Of a DNA stretch of 64,000 bases, positions 19,047 to 28,900 are shown in pieces (positions within the stretch are counted from its first letter, which is position 1; the number at the start of each line of letters is the position of its first letter). The notes below the pieces were generated by a model. The model worked only from the letters and a program-made list of their open reading frames with translations, searched no databases and was not told the origin of the DNA. The translations under genes were made by a program, and so were the position numbers. The DNA is from Chitinophagales bacterium (GTDB lineage Bacteria > Bacteroidota > Bacteroidia > Chitinophagales > JADJOU01): assembly GCA_044368655.1 (NCBI GenBank), contig JBIPPB010000004.1, positions 566 through 64,565 on the forward strand, given 5' to 3'.

Positions 19047-19706
19047 TTATTGATCAAACCTTTGGTTAACTTTTTGCCAATCAATTATATTTAAAATATT
19101 GGATAAATATTCGCCTCGTTTACTATTATATTTTAGATAGTATGCGTGCTCCCATACATCAATTCCAAGAAGCGGTTTGCCATTACATTTTTGATTTGCC
19201 ATTAATGGATTATCTTGATTACTTGTTGAACAAACTTCAATTTGATTATTATGGTTTTTTACAACCCAAACCCATCCCGAACCAAAAATTTTAGTTCCAG
19301 ATTCAATGATATTTTTTTTAAGAGAATCGATGTTTCCAAATTGACGGATGATTTGATGGCTTAAATTGGTTGTGGTATCAAAAATGGCTTCTTTTTTTAG
19401 CGTTTTCCAAAAAAAACTGTGGTTCCAATGTCCACCTCCATGATTTCGGATTGCCAATGGCAAACTATCCATTTTAAAAAATAAATTTTCTAGAGTTTCG
19501 TTTTTAAATTTTGCATTTTCGAGTGCTTTATTTAAATTCGTTACATAGCCTTTGTGATGATTATTGTAATGTATTCTCATGGTTTGACTATCGATGATTG
19601 GCTCAAAAGCATCATAATTGTAATCTAATTTTGGTAGCTCATAAGGAAATTGAGCATTTGAAATGGTGCTTATAAAAAGCATAAATAATAAAGTAATATT
19701 TTTCAT
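19047..19706 (-). CDS. Fe/Mn superoxide dismutase with signal peptide (Mn-type signature)
   Basis: M.IH...HH.GYV, NHGGGHWNH, FGSGW, NQDNP, DVWEHAYY. Confidence 0.92.
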   Translation of the reverse strand: MKNITLLFMLFISTISNAQFPYELPKLDYNYDAFEPIIDSQTMRIHYNNHHKGYVTNLNKALENAKFKNETLENLFFKMDSLPLAIRNHGGGHWNHSFFWKTLKKEAIFDTTTNLSHQIIRQFGNIDSLKKNIIESGTKIFGSGWVWVVKNHNNQIEVCSTSNQDNPLMANQKCNGKPLLGIDVWEHAYYLKYNSKRGEYLSNILNIIDWQKVNQRFDQ

Positions 19707-19717
19707 TTTAAAAAAAT

Positions 19718-20431
19718 TTAAGCGTTAATGATTTTGCGAATAACGAAGCTAGCCATCGTCATTCCAAACATTGCGGGCATGTAAGAAATCGTCCCATAAA
19801 AGGATTTCTTAAACATGGTATCAGGGCTTAAAGCCATAGTTGTTTTTGAAACAGGTTCATCAGAATAAACCACTTTTACGCCATAACTAAACTTATCTTT
19901 CCGAAGTCTTTTTCGTATGTCTCTCGAAAAATAACAGTCTCTAGTGTCATTGATATCAGCTATTTTAATTCGACTTGGATCCATTTTTCCACCTGCACCC
20001 ATACTCGAAATAAATGGAATTTTATTCTTTTTGCAATGAATGATTAATGTAATTTTTGGCGTTATGGAATCAATGCAATCTAAAACAAAGTCAACGTCTT
20101 TAGGAACAACTTGTTCTACCTCTTCGGGCATTATAAATTGCTGCAAAACTTGAATTTCGGCATTTGGGTTGATATCTAAGAGGCGTTTGCGCATGATTTC
20201 TACTTTAGCTTCATCAATTGTTGAATGAAGCGCAGGAAGCTGCCTGTTGATATTTGATTTTTGTACAACATCACCATCTATAAGGGTTATTTTACCAACT
20301 CCTGCTCTGCAAATTGCTTCGGCTGCGTAACTTCCTACGCCACCAACACCAACTATTAAAACATGAGACTTCGCTAGATTTTGAATGCCATCGTCTTTTA
20401 TTAGTAATAAACTGCGTTCTAAAAAACTCAT
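19718..20431 (-). CDS. tcdA: tRNA threonylcarbamoyladenosine dehydratase (ThiF family)
   Basis: GVGGVGS..AE...R.G, SNINRQ, DCIDS..PK, SSMGAGGK.DP. Confidence 0.88.
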   Translation of the reverse strand: MSFLERSLLLIKDDGIQNLAKSHVLIVGVGGVGSYAAEAICRAGVGKITLIDGDVVQKSNINRQLPALHSTIDEAKVEIMRKRLLDINPNAEIQVLQQFIMPEEVEQVVPKDVDFVLDCIDSITPKITLIIHCKKNKIPFISSMGAGGKMDPSRIKIADINDTRDCYFSRDIRKRLRKDKFSYGVKVVYSDEPVSKTTMALSPDTMFKKSFYGTISYMPAMFGMTMASFVIRKIINA

Positions 20432-20470
20432 TAAAAATTAAGGATTTAGCTAAATGAATTGCTCTTATTT

Positions 20471-20521
20471 TGCAAAAATACAAAAAAAAACGTTTCAAAT
20501 TTGAAAAAGATTTTATATTTG
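20471..20521. promoter_or_regulatory. Divergent promoters for tcdA (-) and tRNA-His (+)
   Basis: TATTTTTGCA on the minus strand at 20471-20480. TATATTTG on the plus strand at 20514-20521. Confidence 0.55.
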
Positions 20522-20562
20522 CAAACTTTTTGTAAAACAGCATTACGCTTATTTACTGAAAT

Positions 20563-20637
20563 GGAGGTTGTAGCTCAGTCGGTTAGAGCATCGGTTTGTG
20601 GTTCCGAGGGTCGTGGGTTCGAATCCCATCATCCTCC
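20563..20637 (+). tRNA. tRNA-His (GTG)
   Basis: Cloverleaf: G-1, GAGGTTG/CATCCTC acceptor, GCTC/GAGC D arm, TT-GTG-GT loop, GTGGG-TTCGAAT-CCCAT T arm, C discriminator. CCA is not encoded. Confidence 0.95.
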
Positions 20638-20641
20638 CTTT

Positions 20642-20676
20642 AAAAAAGCCCTTAATTAAATTTAAGGGCTTTTTTT
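20642..20676 (+). terminator. Intrinsic (possibly bidirectional) terminator after tRNA-His
   Basis: AAAAAAGCCCTTAA-loop-TTAAGGGCTTTTTT. Confidence 0.85.
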
Positions 20677-20736
20677 ATTTACGCACATTTTTTAAACTCT
20701 TAGCACAATATTTTCTTAAAATTAATAAAATTATTG

Positions 20737-20744
20737 TATATTTG
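20737..20744 (+). promoter_or_regulatory. -7 promoter element for the giant T9SS cargo operon
   Basis: TATATTTG 16 bp upstream of ATG 20761. Confidence 0.55.
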
Positions 20745-20760
20745 CTCCAATTTTAGATCT

Positions 20761-23700
20761 ATGGGAAAATTCTATACTTTATTAATTTTATTGGTTTTAT
20801 TGACAATTAAGATAAATTCACAATCGATTTCTACCAATACTATTTACAGTCCGACAGACCCCTTTTTAGGAGGAATTTCATTTAATATTGAAAATACATT
20901 AGCTCAAACGATTCGCGTTACGTCAATTTCAAGTATTCATACCGTAAACGCGCCTTCTCAAAACGCGATTTGTAGAGTTTGGTATCGAACAACACCTATA
21001 GCTGCTTATCCCGGTGCTATAAGTGCTCTCAATGGATGGACGTTAGCAAAAACACAGACAAAGTTTGGATTGTCAACGTCAATATCACCTTTTGTAACAG
21101 GATTGAATATTGATATTCCTGCGGGTGCTAGATTTGCTTTTTTTATAGAATCAGATAAAACTTCCGCATCTCAATTTGTTGTTCAGCCTCGAAGAGATAC
21201 ATTTTCAAATGCTGGGGTAAGGCTAATTTCTGGAACTAACGTAGGATACTCAGGCCCAATAGCTGCGCCACTTTCTACGCCAAGAGGGTTTATTGGTACG
21301 GTAAATTTTCAGCCTATTACTCCTTGTAACGCAATGCCTAATGCAGGAACAATTAATTTTAATTCAGGTTTTTGTAATGGTCAGAATAAAGTTTTTGAAA
21401 TCGAAAATTATACATTTGGAGAAAATTTGAATTTTCAATGGCAAAGTAGTTCAGATGGTGTTAATTTTACTGATATTGTTGGTCAAACGGGTTTTTCATT
21501 AAATCGTACGATGACTACTAATTCTTATTTTAGAATGAAAGTTACGTGTACAAACACAAGTCAAACCGCCTTTTCAACTGCTGTTTATGATACGTTATTC
21601 CCTCCAGCTTATTGTACTTGTAATAATTATCCTCAGTTTACTTCAGAAGAGGAAGAAGAGATTTTAGAAGTATCAATCAACGGAAGTTCAAGAACTTCAG
21701 ATTGTTCAAATATACCTGCAGGTGCGGGTCTTCAAAGCATATTAGGAAAGGTTACAGATTGGAAACCTTTAGGTGTTTTTGTTGATTTAAAGCAAGGTTC
21801 TGCAAATCTTTTAAAGTTGAATTTAGGATCTTGCGGCACACAACAAAACGCACGCTCGGCCGAAGTTTTTATAGACCTAAATGGTAATCGAATTTTTGAT
21901 GAACCTTCTGTTTATAGTATAAATTTAACAAATCAAGATCCTGTTGGCGAAGTTTTAGGGGTCATAAATATCCCTTCAAACGCCGGAGGTGGTCAATTGA
22001 GTGCATTAAATACAAAATTGCGCGTTTTGATGCGTATAATCTATAAAACAGGTACGGCCGCTATAGCTTCTTGTCCTGCATCTTCTCTAATATATGCCTC
22101 TGGAGAAATTGAAGATCATATTGTAAATCTAGAATTTTCGCCTAATTGTACTGGAACACCAATTTCGGGATCGGTAGAAGGAACACGAGGATTTTGTCCA
22201 GGCGAGTTGTCTACGTTCTCAAATATTAATAGTTCTGTAGCTCCAAATATTACAAGAGCTTGGGATACCGCTGCTTCTCCAACTGGACCTTGGGGATTGG
22301 TAGTTGGTCAAACGGGGCAGACTATAAATTTGAACTTGCAAAGAACAACTTTTGTAAGATGTAAAGTGATTTGTGCGGCTTCTGGTCTGGAAGCGACTAC
22401 TCCAGTTTTTATAGATACCGTTAAAAATGCCATTTTTTGTGAATGTAAATACAATTTTGTTACAAATACTACAACAAACATAAATAATTATTTTCTACAA
22501 GATTTTGTTTTAAGAGGGCATTATAATACAAATTTAGTTGATTTAGGGACAGGTATGTCTTTAAGCCCTATGCGATATTCAGATTTTAGGAACAAATTTT
22601 CCAACCCCGTTCGAATCCATCCTAATGAGCCATTTAATATGGAACTTTTTGCGGTCTCAGATGTGCCAGCAAATAGTCATGCTTCGGTATACTTAGATAC
22701 TAATATGAATGGCTTAGATGCGGCAGATCGTATTTATGCTACCAATGCTACCGTTAAAATATCTAATAATCCTGCAAATCCTACCATTACTCCTAATATA
22801 ACCCTAAATTCTTCTAAATTGGGTTTAGCTTTATTAAGAGTGGTATATAGAAATGTTGCATCTAATGTAATTACTCCTTGTCAAGCTACACCTGCTAGTT
22901 TACAAGCAGAAACTCATGATTATCTAGTAAATATTTATAGGCCTGATTTAGATTTGAAATTAATTAGTATAGATAATCTGACATCAGGTTGTAGCAAAAC
23001 ATTAACGCCTATTCAGTTTTCAATCAATAATAAAGCAAGGATTCCAATTTCTCCAATTTTAACTTATTCAATAAATGGAGGTTCGCCAGTAAGAGATACC
23101 TTTGGTATACTAAATGTTAATGAAACCAAGCAATTTACTTTTTCAAAATTAGCAGATTTTACCAATTTAACTGGTGTTATTACGGTTAAAGTATGGATAA
23201 ACAATATTGGGGATGAAAATACTAAAGATAATGAGATAGAAGTTAATATTTCAAATTTTTTAACACCACCTATTCCTACGACTAAAAATGATACGGTTTG
23301 TAGTAATGAAAATATATCTATTTTAAGTGCACAATCACCAATTGGCTATGAATCTATTTGGTATAAAGATATCTTAGGTACCATATTTGATACAATAAGT
23401 AGCTCTAAAGTAATAAGAAATCCTGCAACGTCTCAGTCATTTTATACTAAATCTGCTTATTTCTCAACGGCTTCTACCGGGCTTCCAACCCCAGTTTTAA
23501 GCACGCAAAGTTTGGTTCAGAATATGGGTCAGGTAATACGAATTCAAAAGGCGCTTGTTAAAATTAACTCTGTAGATGTTCACTCGACGTCATCCTTAGT
23601 TGATACGTTGATTGTTGCTTTAAATACAAGTACGGGAGTATTAATTCGAAGAGATTCATTTTTTACTTCAGGTCCTGGAGTTTATACGCTTCCGCTTAAC

Positions 23701-25923
23701 TATGTTTTGACGGGTACACCTGGCGTAACGCAATACAGACTTCAATTGTTTAAACATCGAGGCGCTTTAATTGATACGCCATTTACAGCAGCCCAGTATA
23801 CTGCTTTAAATGAGGATGTTTTAAAAATAATGGGACCATTTCCAATAACACCTACAACGAGATATCCTTTTTTCTATAATTATAATTTATCATATCCTTT
23901 TTGTGAAAGTCCTTTGACAGAAGTTAAAAGTGTTTTTGTCAATACCGGAACTGCTCCTGTGGTATCTATAGATAGTATAATTAATGTTTGTTCTTATCCT
24001 CAATTAGTTATTGATGCAGGAAATAGTTCTTTTAGGCATGAATGGAGTAGTGGTGAAAAAACGCAAAAAATAGAACCTAAAAGCTCTGGTACATATACGG
24101 TAACGGTTACCGATAATGCGTCTGGATGCAATACTTCTGCTTACAGTAAAGTTACAATAAGACAATCTCCTGTTTTTAGTTTAGGAAAAGATACGTCTAC
24201 TTGTTCTTTAAGCCCTATTTTCTTAAAATCTGGGTTTTCAAACGCTGGGTATAATCATAAATGGACGTATCTTTCGGGCACTTTGCCTGGTTTTATTAAT
24301 GAAGGTGATCGTTTGCGCGAATCATTTAATGCTAAAGCTACGGGTTTTTATGAACTAGAAGTTAAAAATACCAGAACGGATTGTGTTTTCAAAGATACAA
24401 CTCATGTAAAGATTTACAACAATCCAATTTTTACTTTAGGTAAAGATGAGAATATTTGCAAAGGTGATTCTATTTTAAAACAGTTTACAACAGCTCCAGG
24501 AAAAACCTTTAATTGGCACGATAATTCTAAATTACCAATTAAATTATTTAAAGCATCAGCTTTGGCACATCTTACTATTAGGGATTCTATATTAATAGAT
24601 ACCGTTAAGCATTATAAAGATACGTTATTAAAAATTAACGATCCATTAATTAATAGCTTTACGAATAATAAAAAAGATACATTCATAAGAAATCAAGATA
24701 CATTTGTTAATATTCGTGTCGATTCTTTTGGTTTGGTTTGTCCATTTAGCGATACTTTTATTGTGAATGTCGTTGATTTTCCAAAACCAAATATAGGTGA
24801 TAATTTAACTGTATGCGACTCTTTAAATGTAAGAATAGAAGTCCCTATTACTCCAAATAAATTGTATGCATGGAGTAATGGAAGCACATCGAATTCAACA
24901 ATTATTAGTCGATCTGGTCAATATATGCTGACTGTTACGGAACAAGGAACTATTTGTTCGGAAAAAGATACGGTTAACATCACATTTATTAAATCCCCTA
25001 AATTAGAATTAGGTCCAAATAGGGTTACATGTAATGCCGTAGATACTATTTTTGCTACTGCTGGATTTGATTCGTATACTTGGTCGGGTGGAAGTGCGAT
25101 TGCAAATCCATCGCAACGAAGAGTAACTGCAAATGGAAAAGTTTCTTTAGCCGCTTCACATACTTGTGGTATTCAAACGGATGAAGTAAATATTACGTTT
25201 AAAGAAAGACCTATTGCATTTTCTTTACCTAATGATACATTTATATGTGAACCACTTACATTATCTATTACGCCTCAGCCTGCATCTGTTGATGTTAAAT
25301 GGAGTACCGGTGAAGTTGTAAATAGTATTACAGTAGATGAAACAAATATATATTCAGTTACGGCTAGTAACGAATGCGCAACAATTACGGATGTTATATT
25401 TGTTGAAAAAATAGAACCGCCAATTGCTGCATTTACTTCAGAAGTTTATGACTTATACGGACTATTTAGAAATCAGTCGATTAATGCTATTTCTTATGAT
25501 TGGGATTTTGGAGATGGTAATACGGGTACATTAAAAACAGGAGCAAATAATTATGTAGCTCCTGGGGAATACCTAGTTACTTTAAAAGTAAGAAATAAAT
25601 GTAATGAAGAAAGTACGTTAACAAAAACGATTCGAATTTTTAATATTGGAATCAAAGATAAATCGATGTTAAATCTTAGTTTGTTTCCTAATCCAAGTGC
25701 AGATCAAATCTCGATAACTTCAAATCAAATACCAAAAGGTTCTTATTTTATAAAAATATATAATTTTATTGGTCAAAACTTAATTGAAAAAGAAGTATTT
25801 GTGAATTCGGATTTGAATGAAGTAATAAATATTTCAAATTTAAGCAATGGTAATTATATTTTAAAATTTGAAAATTACAATGGTCAATTTATAGAAAATT
25901 ATCCATTTGAAGTCATTAAGTAA
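20761..25923 (+). CDS. Large T9SS cargo protein: two GEVED-like domains, Ig-like repeats, PKD, type A sorting domain
   Basis: Signal peptide from ATG 20761. FIDLNGN..F...GEIEDH and YLDTN...ETHDY. LGxDxxxC repeats, WDFGDG, LFPNP...GNYILK. Confidence 0.85.
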   Translation: MGKFYTLLILLVLLTIKINSQSISTNTIYSPTDPFLGGISFNIENTLAQTIRVTSISSIHTVNAPSQNAICRVWYRTTPIAAYPGAISALNGWTLAKTQTKFGLSTSISPFVTGLNIDIPAGARFAFFIESDKTSASQFVVQPRRDTFSNAGVRLISGTNVGYSGPIAAPLSTPRGFIGTVNFQPITPCNAMPNAGTINFNSGFCNGQNKVFEIENYTFGENLNFQWQSSSDGVNFTDIVGQTGFSLNRTMTTNSYFRMKVTCTNTSQTAFSTAVYDTLFPPAYCTCNNYPQFTSEEEEEILEVSINGSSRTSDCSNIPAGAGLQSILGKVTDWKPLGVFVDLKQGSANLLKLNLGSCGTQQNARSAEVFIDLNGNRIFDEPSVYSINLTNQDPVGEVLGVINIPSNAGGGQLSALNTKLRVLMRIIYKTGTAAIASCPASSLIYASGEIEDHIVNLEFSPNCTGTPISGSVEGTRGFCPGELSTFSNINSSVAPNITRAWDTAASPTGPWGLVVGQTGQTINLNLQRTTFVRCKVICAASGLEATTPVFIDTVKNAIFCECKYNFVTNTTTNINNYFLQDFVLRGHYNTNLVDLGTGMSLSPMRYSDFRNKFSNPVRIHPNEPFNMELFAVSDVPANSHASVYLDTNMNGLDAADRIYATNATVKISNNPANPTITPNITLNSSKLGLALLRVVYRNVASNVITPCQATPASLQAETHDYLVNIYRPDLDLKLISIDNLTSGCSKTLTPIQFSINNKARIPISPILTYSINGGSPVRDTFGILNVNETKQFTFSKLADFTNLTGVITVKVWINNIGDENTKDNEIEVNISNFLTPPIPTTKNDTVCSNENISILSAQSPIGYESIWYKDILGTIFDTISSSKVIRNPATSQSFYTKSAYFSTASTGLPTPVLSTQSLVQNMGQVIRIQKALVKINSVDVHSTSSLVDTLIVALNTSTGVLIRRDSFFTSGPGVYTLPLNYVLTGTPGVTQYRLQLFKHRGALIDTPFTAAQYTALNEDVLKIMGPFPITPTTRYPFFYNYNLSYPFCESPLTEVKSVFVNTGTAPVVSIDSIINVCSYPQLVIDAGNSSFRHEWSSGEKTQKIEPKSSGTYTVTVTDNASGCNTSAYSKVTIRQSPVFSLGKDTSTCSLSPIFLKSGFSNAGYNHKWTYLSGTLPGFINEGDRLRESFNAKATGFYELEVKNTRTDCVFKDTTHVKIYNNPIFTLGKDENICKGDSILKQFTTAPGKTFNWHDNSKLPIKLFKASALAHLTIRDSILIDTVKHYKDTLLKINDPLINSFTNNKKDTFIRNQDTFVNIRVDSFGLVCPFSDTFIVNVVDFPKPNIGDNLTVCDSLNVRIEVPITPNKLYAWSNGSTSNSTIISRSGQYMLTVTEQGTICSEKDTVNITFIKSPKLELGPNRVTCNAVDTIFATAGFDSYTWSGGSAIANPSQRRVTANGKVSLAASHTCGIQTDEVNITFKERPIAFSLPNDTFICEPLTLSITPQPASVDVKWSTGEVVNSITVDETNIYSVTASNECATITDVIFVEKIEPPIAAFTSEVYDLYGLFRNQSINAISYDWDFGDGNTGTLKTGANNYVAPGEYLVTLKVRNKCNEESTLTKTIRIFNIGIKDKSMLNLSLFPNPSADQISITSNQIPKGSYFIKIYNFIGQNLIEKEVFVNSDLNEVINISNLSNGNYILKFENYNGQFIENYPFEVIK

Positions 25924-25944
25924 ATAAATAAAAATAGATATATT

Positions 25945-28900
25945 ATGAAGAGTTTATTTAAAAAGTTCGTATTATTAAATTTCATTCTCACAATAGTGAG
26001 TTTTGAAGTTTCCGCTCAATGTCCAGGTATGACAGGAGGAGTAACCAGTATAAAGTCTAAAGATTGTCAACAAAATAAGATCGTTTATCGAGCAACCGGA
26101 ATGACAACTGGCCCCGATGTAGAATATTTATGGCAACGCCTTAATTTAAATGTTGTTGGGGCAACATGGGTAAATGCGGGTTCCAATTCGGACACTTTAG
26201 AAGCTCCTGCAAACCAGCATGGATTTGCGTATCGTCTTAGAGTGCGATGTAAATTGGCGCCTCCAATACCAGATGAATTTTCAACTACAATTATTAATAG
26301 AATTTCTACAAGAAAATTGAGTGTCGAAGCTCTAGCTTGCGATAGTTGTTATGATGTGATTACTCCAAAAGTAGGTGGCGGATTTGATACTATTGTTAAA
26401 TGTGGTATGTTAAAATTAAAACTAAAAAAAGATTCCACATTTAATGATGATTTGTTTGCTACAAATTTCACATGGAATGTATCAAATAATAATGGATTTA
26501 CATATGCTCCAATAACACCTTATTTTATAAATAGTAAAGATTCTATTTTTGTTCCTTTTGAGAGTGCTATGAATATTTATGCAGGTTATGTATCTATTTG
26601 TCCTCAACCAAATGCTATTTTAGATACTTCAAATAAATTTTGGAGTAATAGAGTAATTGTAGGCTTAGAAGAGATTAAAATTTCGCTAGACGAAACGACA
26701 AAAAGATGTAATACGGATAGCGCAACACTTATTTTAACAAATGTAGATACGTCCCTTTTGAGTAAGTTAAATATAAGCTGGGAAGTGAGTGCCAATAAAA
26801 ATGGACCTTTTAGAAGGCTTTTGCATATAGGCGATTCACTAAAAATAAAAGTTAACAAAGATTCATTTTATCGAGCTAAAATCGCATTTTGTGGAAATAC
26901 AGATACCACAATTGTTGGACCATTTGAGTTAATAACTCAGATTAAAACAACAAATCATTATGTAGAATGTCCTACTGAGGTCGTAGTCATAGATTATTCA
27001 GATCGTTTAAAAATCAATGATGCCAATATAAAAGTTAAATGGGAGCGTAAAAAAGGATTTTCGGGTAATTTCTTACCATATGACGATCCTCAGCAAAATC
27101 AATTGCTTAAAACACAAATGCTATTTAATGATACGACTATTTATCGAATAGTAACCATGTTATGTGATAACAATCCTACTTCATTTGATACTATTTTAGA
27201 TACGGTTATTCTTCAAACGGGTTCAAATAATACAACAATAACGCCATTTACTTGTCCAAGTGATAGTATCACATTGACAGCTGGAGGAAATGTGCCCTTT
27301 TTTACTAATTTAAATAATATTCAATCGCTATGGCAAATAAAAACGGAAAATGATTTAGCATTTCGAATTATTGCGCCAAAAACAGAAGCTCAAATTTTAA
27401 AATATAAAATGCCAACGGGATGGACTTCTTATCGAAAAGCTACGATTATTTGCCCAGTAGAATCTTGTGAAGGTGGGACTTCCTTTGCAGGGACTGTAGC
27501 TAAAAGTTATATCCCTAATAAAATCATTGGTCAAATTACAAGTTGTGCGGCTGATTTAGTTTTAAAAGCGATAGATGACACCGTTCGTTTTGAAGATTTA
27601 AATGGTAAAATAAATGTTCCAGGACCTTTTACTTATATTTGGCAAACAAGCTCTCAGTATCAAGGTCCTTATACAGACATTGCGGGGCAAATCGGAAAGG
27701 AAATGATTGTGCCTCCAGCAGGTATTTCTAGTTTTTATAGACGAATTGTAAGGCTATGTCCTGCAAGTATAAATACTTATATTTCTAATGTAAGTAATAT
27801 AACGATCCCAAATCCAACATCAAGAAGTGGAAAAGCTCAAGTTCTTGATGAAGTTTGTTTAGATAAAACGGTAGGAATTGGAATCGTAAATGCGACACCT
27901 AGAGTTGGGAATCCAACATATATGTGGCAAGTGTCCGATGATAATATAAAATTTAATACTTATTTTGCAGCTCAAGCTAACAGTGCTTCAACTTTAGCAA
28001 AGACTTTAGTTCAATTTAAATATTATAGAAGAATAACCTTGTGGTGTGATGATAATGGTACTTTAATTGCAGTTGATTCTTCGGAATCCGTTCCTTTAAG
28101 TTATGTGCAATCACTACCATGGTGTGATGGATTCTCAAATCAAGTGAATTTCGGAGAGAATAGATTATTCTCTTGTTTTTCGCATCATAAAGCTTCATGT
28201 AATACACTTGGAGCAAAATTACCAATTTATTCTAATGCTAGAACGGGTCGACAAGGCGCCGGATATACACATCAAAATCCAGTTAATCCTCCAGGACCTT
28301 CTGATAAAGTATCAGATGGAAAGTTTGTTACTCCCGCATTTCGATTAGAAAAAGGAAAAACGTATCGCTTTAGTTTTTGGCATCGAGAAACTGGTGCTCA
28401 ACTTGGCTGGGATTCTCTATATTGTGTTGCCGGATCTATTAATTCGGCTTGTGATTTAACTGAAAAAATTGGTCACGTAAATGTTAATTTTAGATTTGAT
28501 CAATGGAATCGACATCATTCGGATTTTACACCATGTAGTACGGACGTTTATTATTTTGGTATCGTTTATAGAGAAACACAAGCTACAAGAGCTAATATCT
28601 CTTTTGATGATATTTGTGTAAAAGAAGTAAAACGTTGTGATGATAATACGCCTACAAATGGTTCTGCTTTTGCTCCAAGTAAGATTATTGATCGACCTGA
28701 ACAAAAAATGGATTACGAAAAATATGAAGTAACCCATCAATATTGTATTGGAGATACTATTATGATTACCTACGAGCCTAGTGTTTTTGGAGCTCAAACT
28801 GCGACAGGAACCAATCAGTTTGATTACAGTGGCATGGTATATCAGTTTTATAGAAAACGAATGGATCCAGATTTTAATATTACAGATAGTACATTCTCAA

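Noticed and set aside
20734..20760. TTG start at 20734 for the 1729-aa ORF
   Set aside because: It overlaps the -7 promoter box, and ATG 20761 begins a clean signal peptide.
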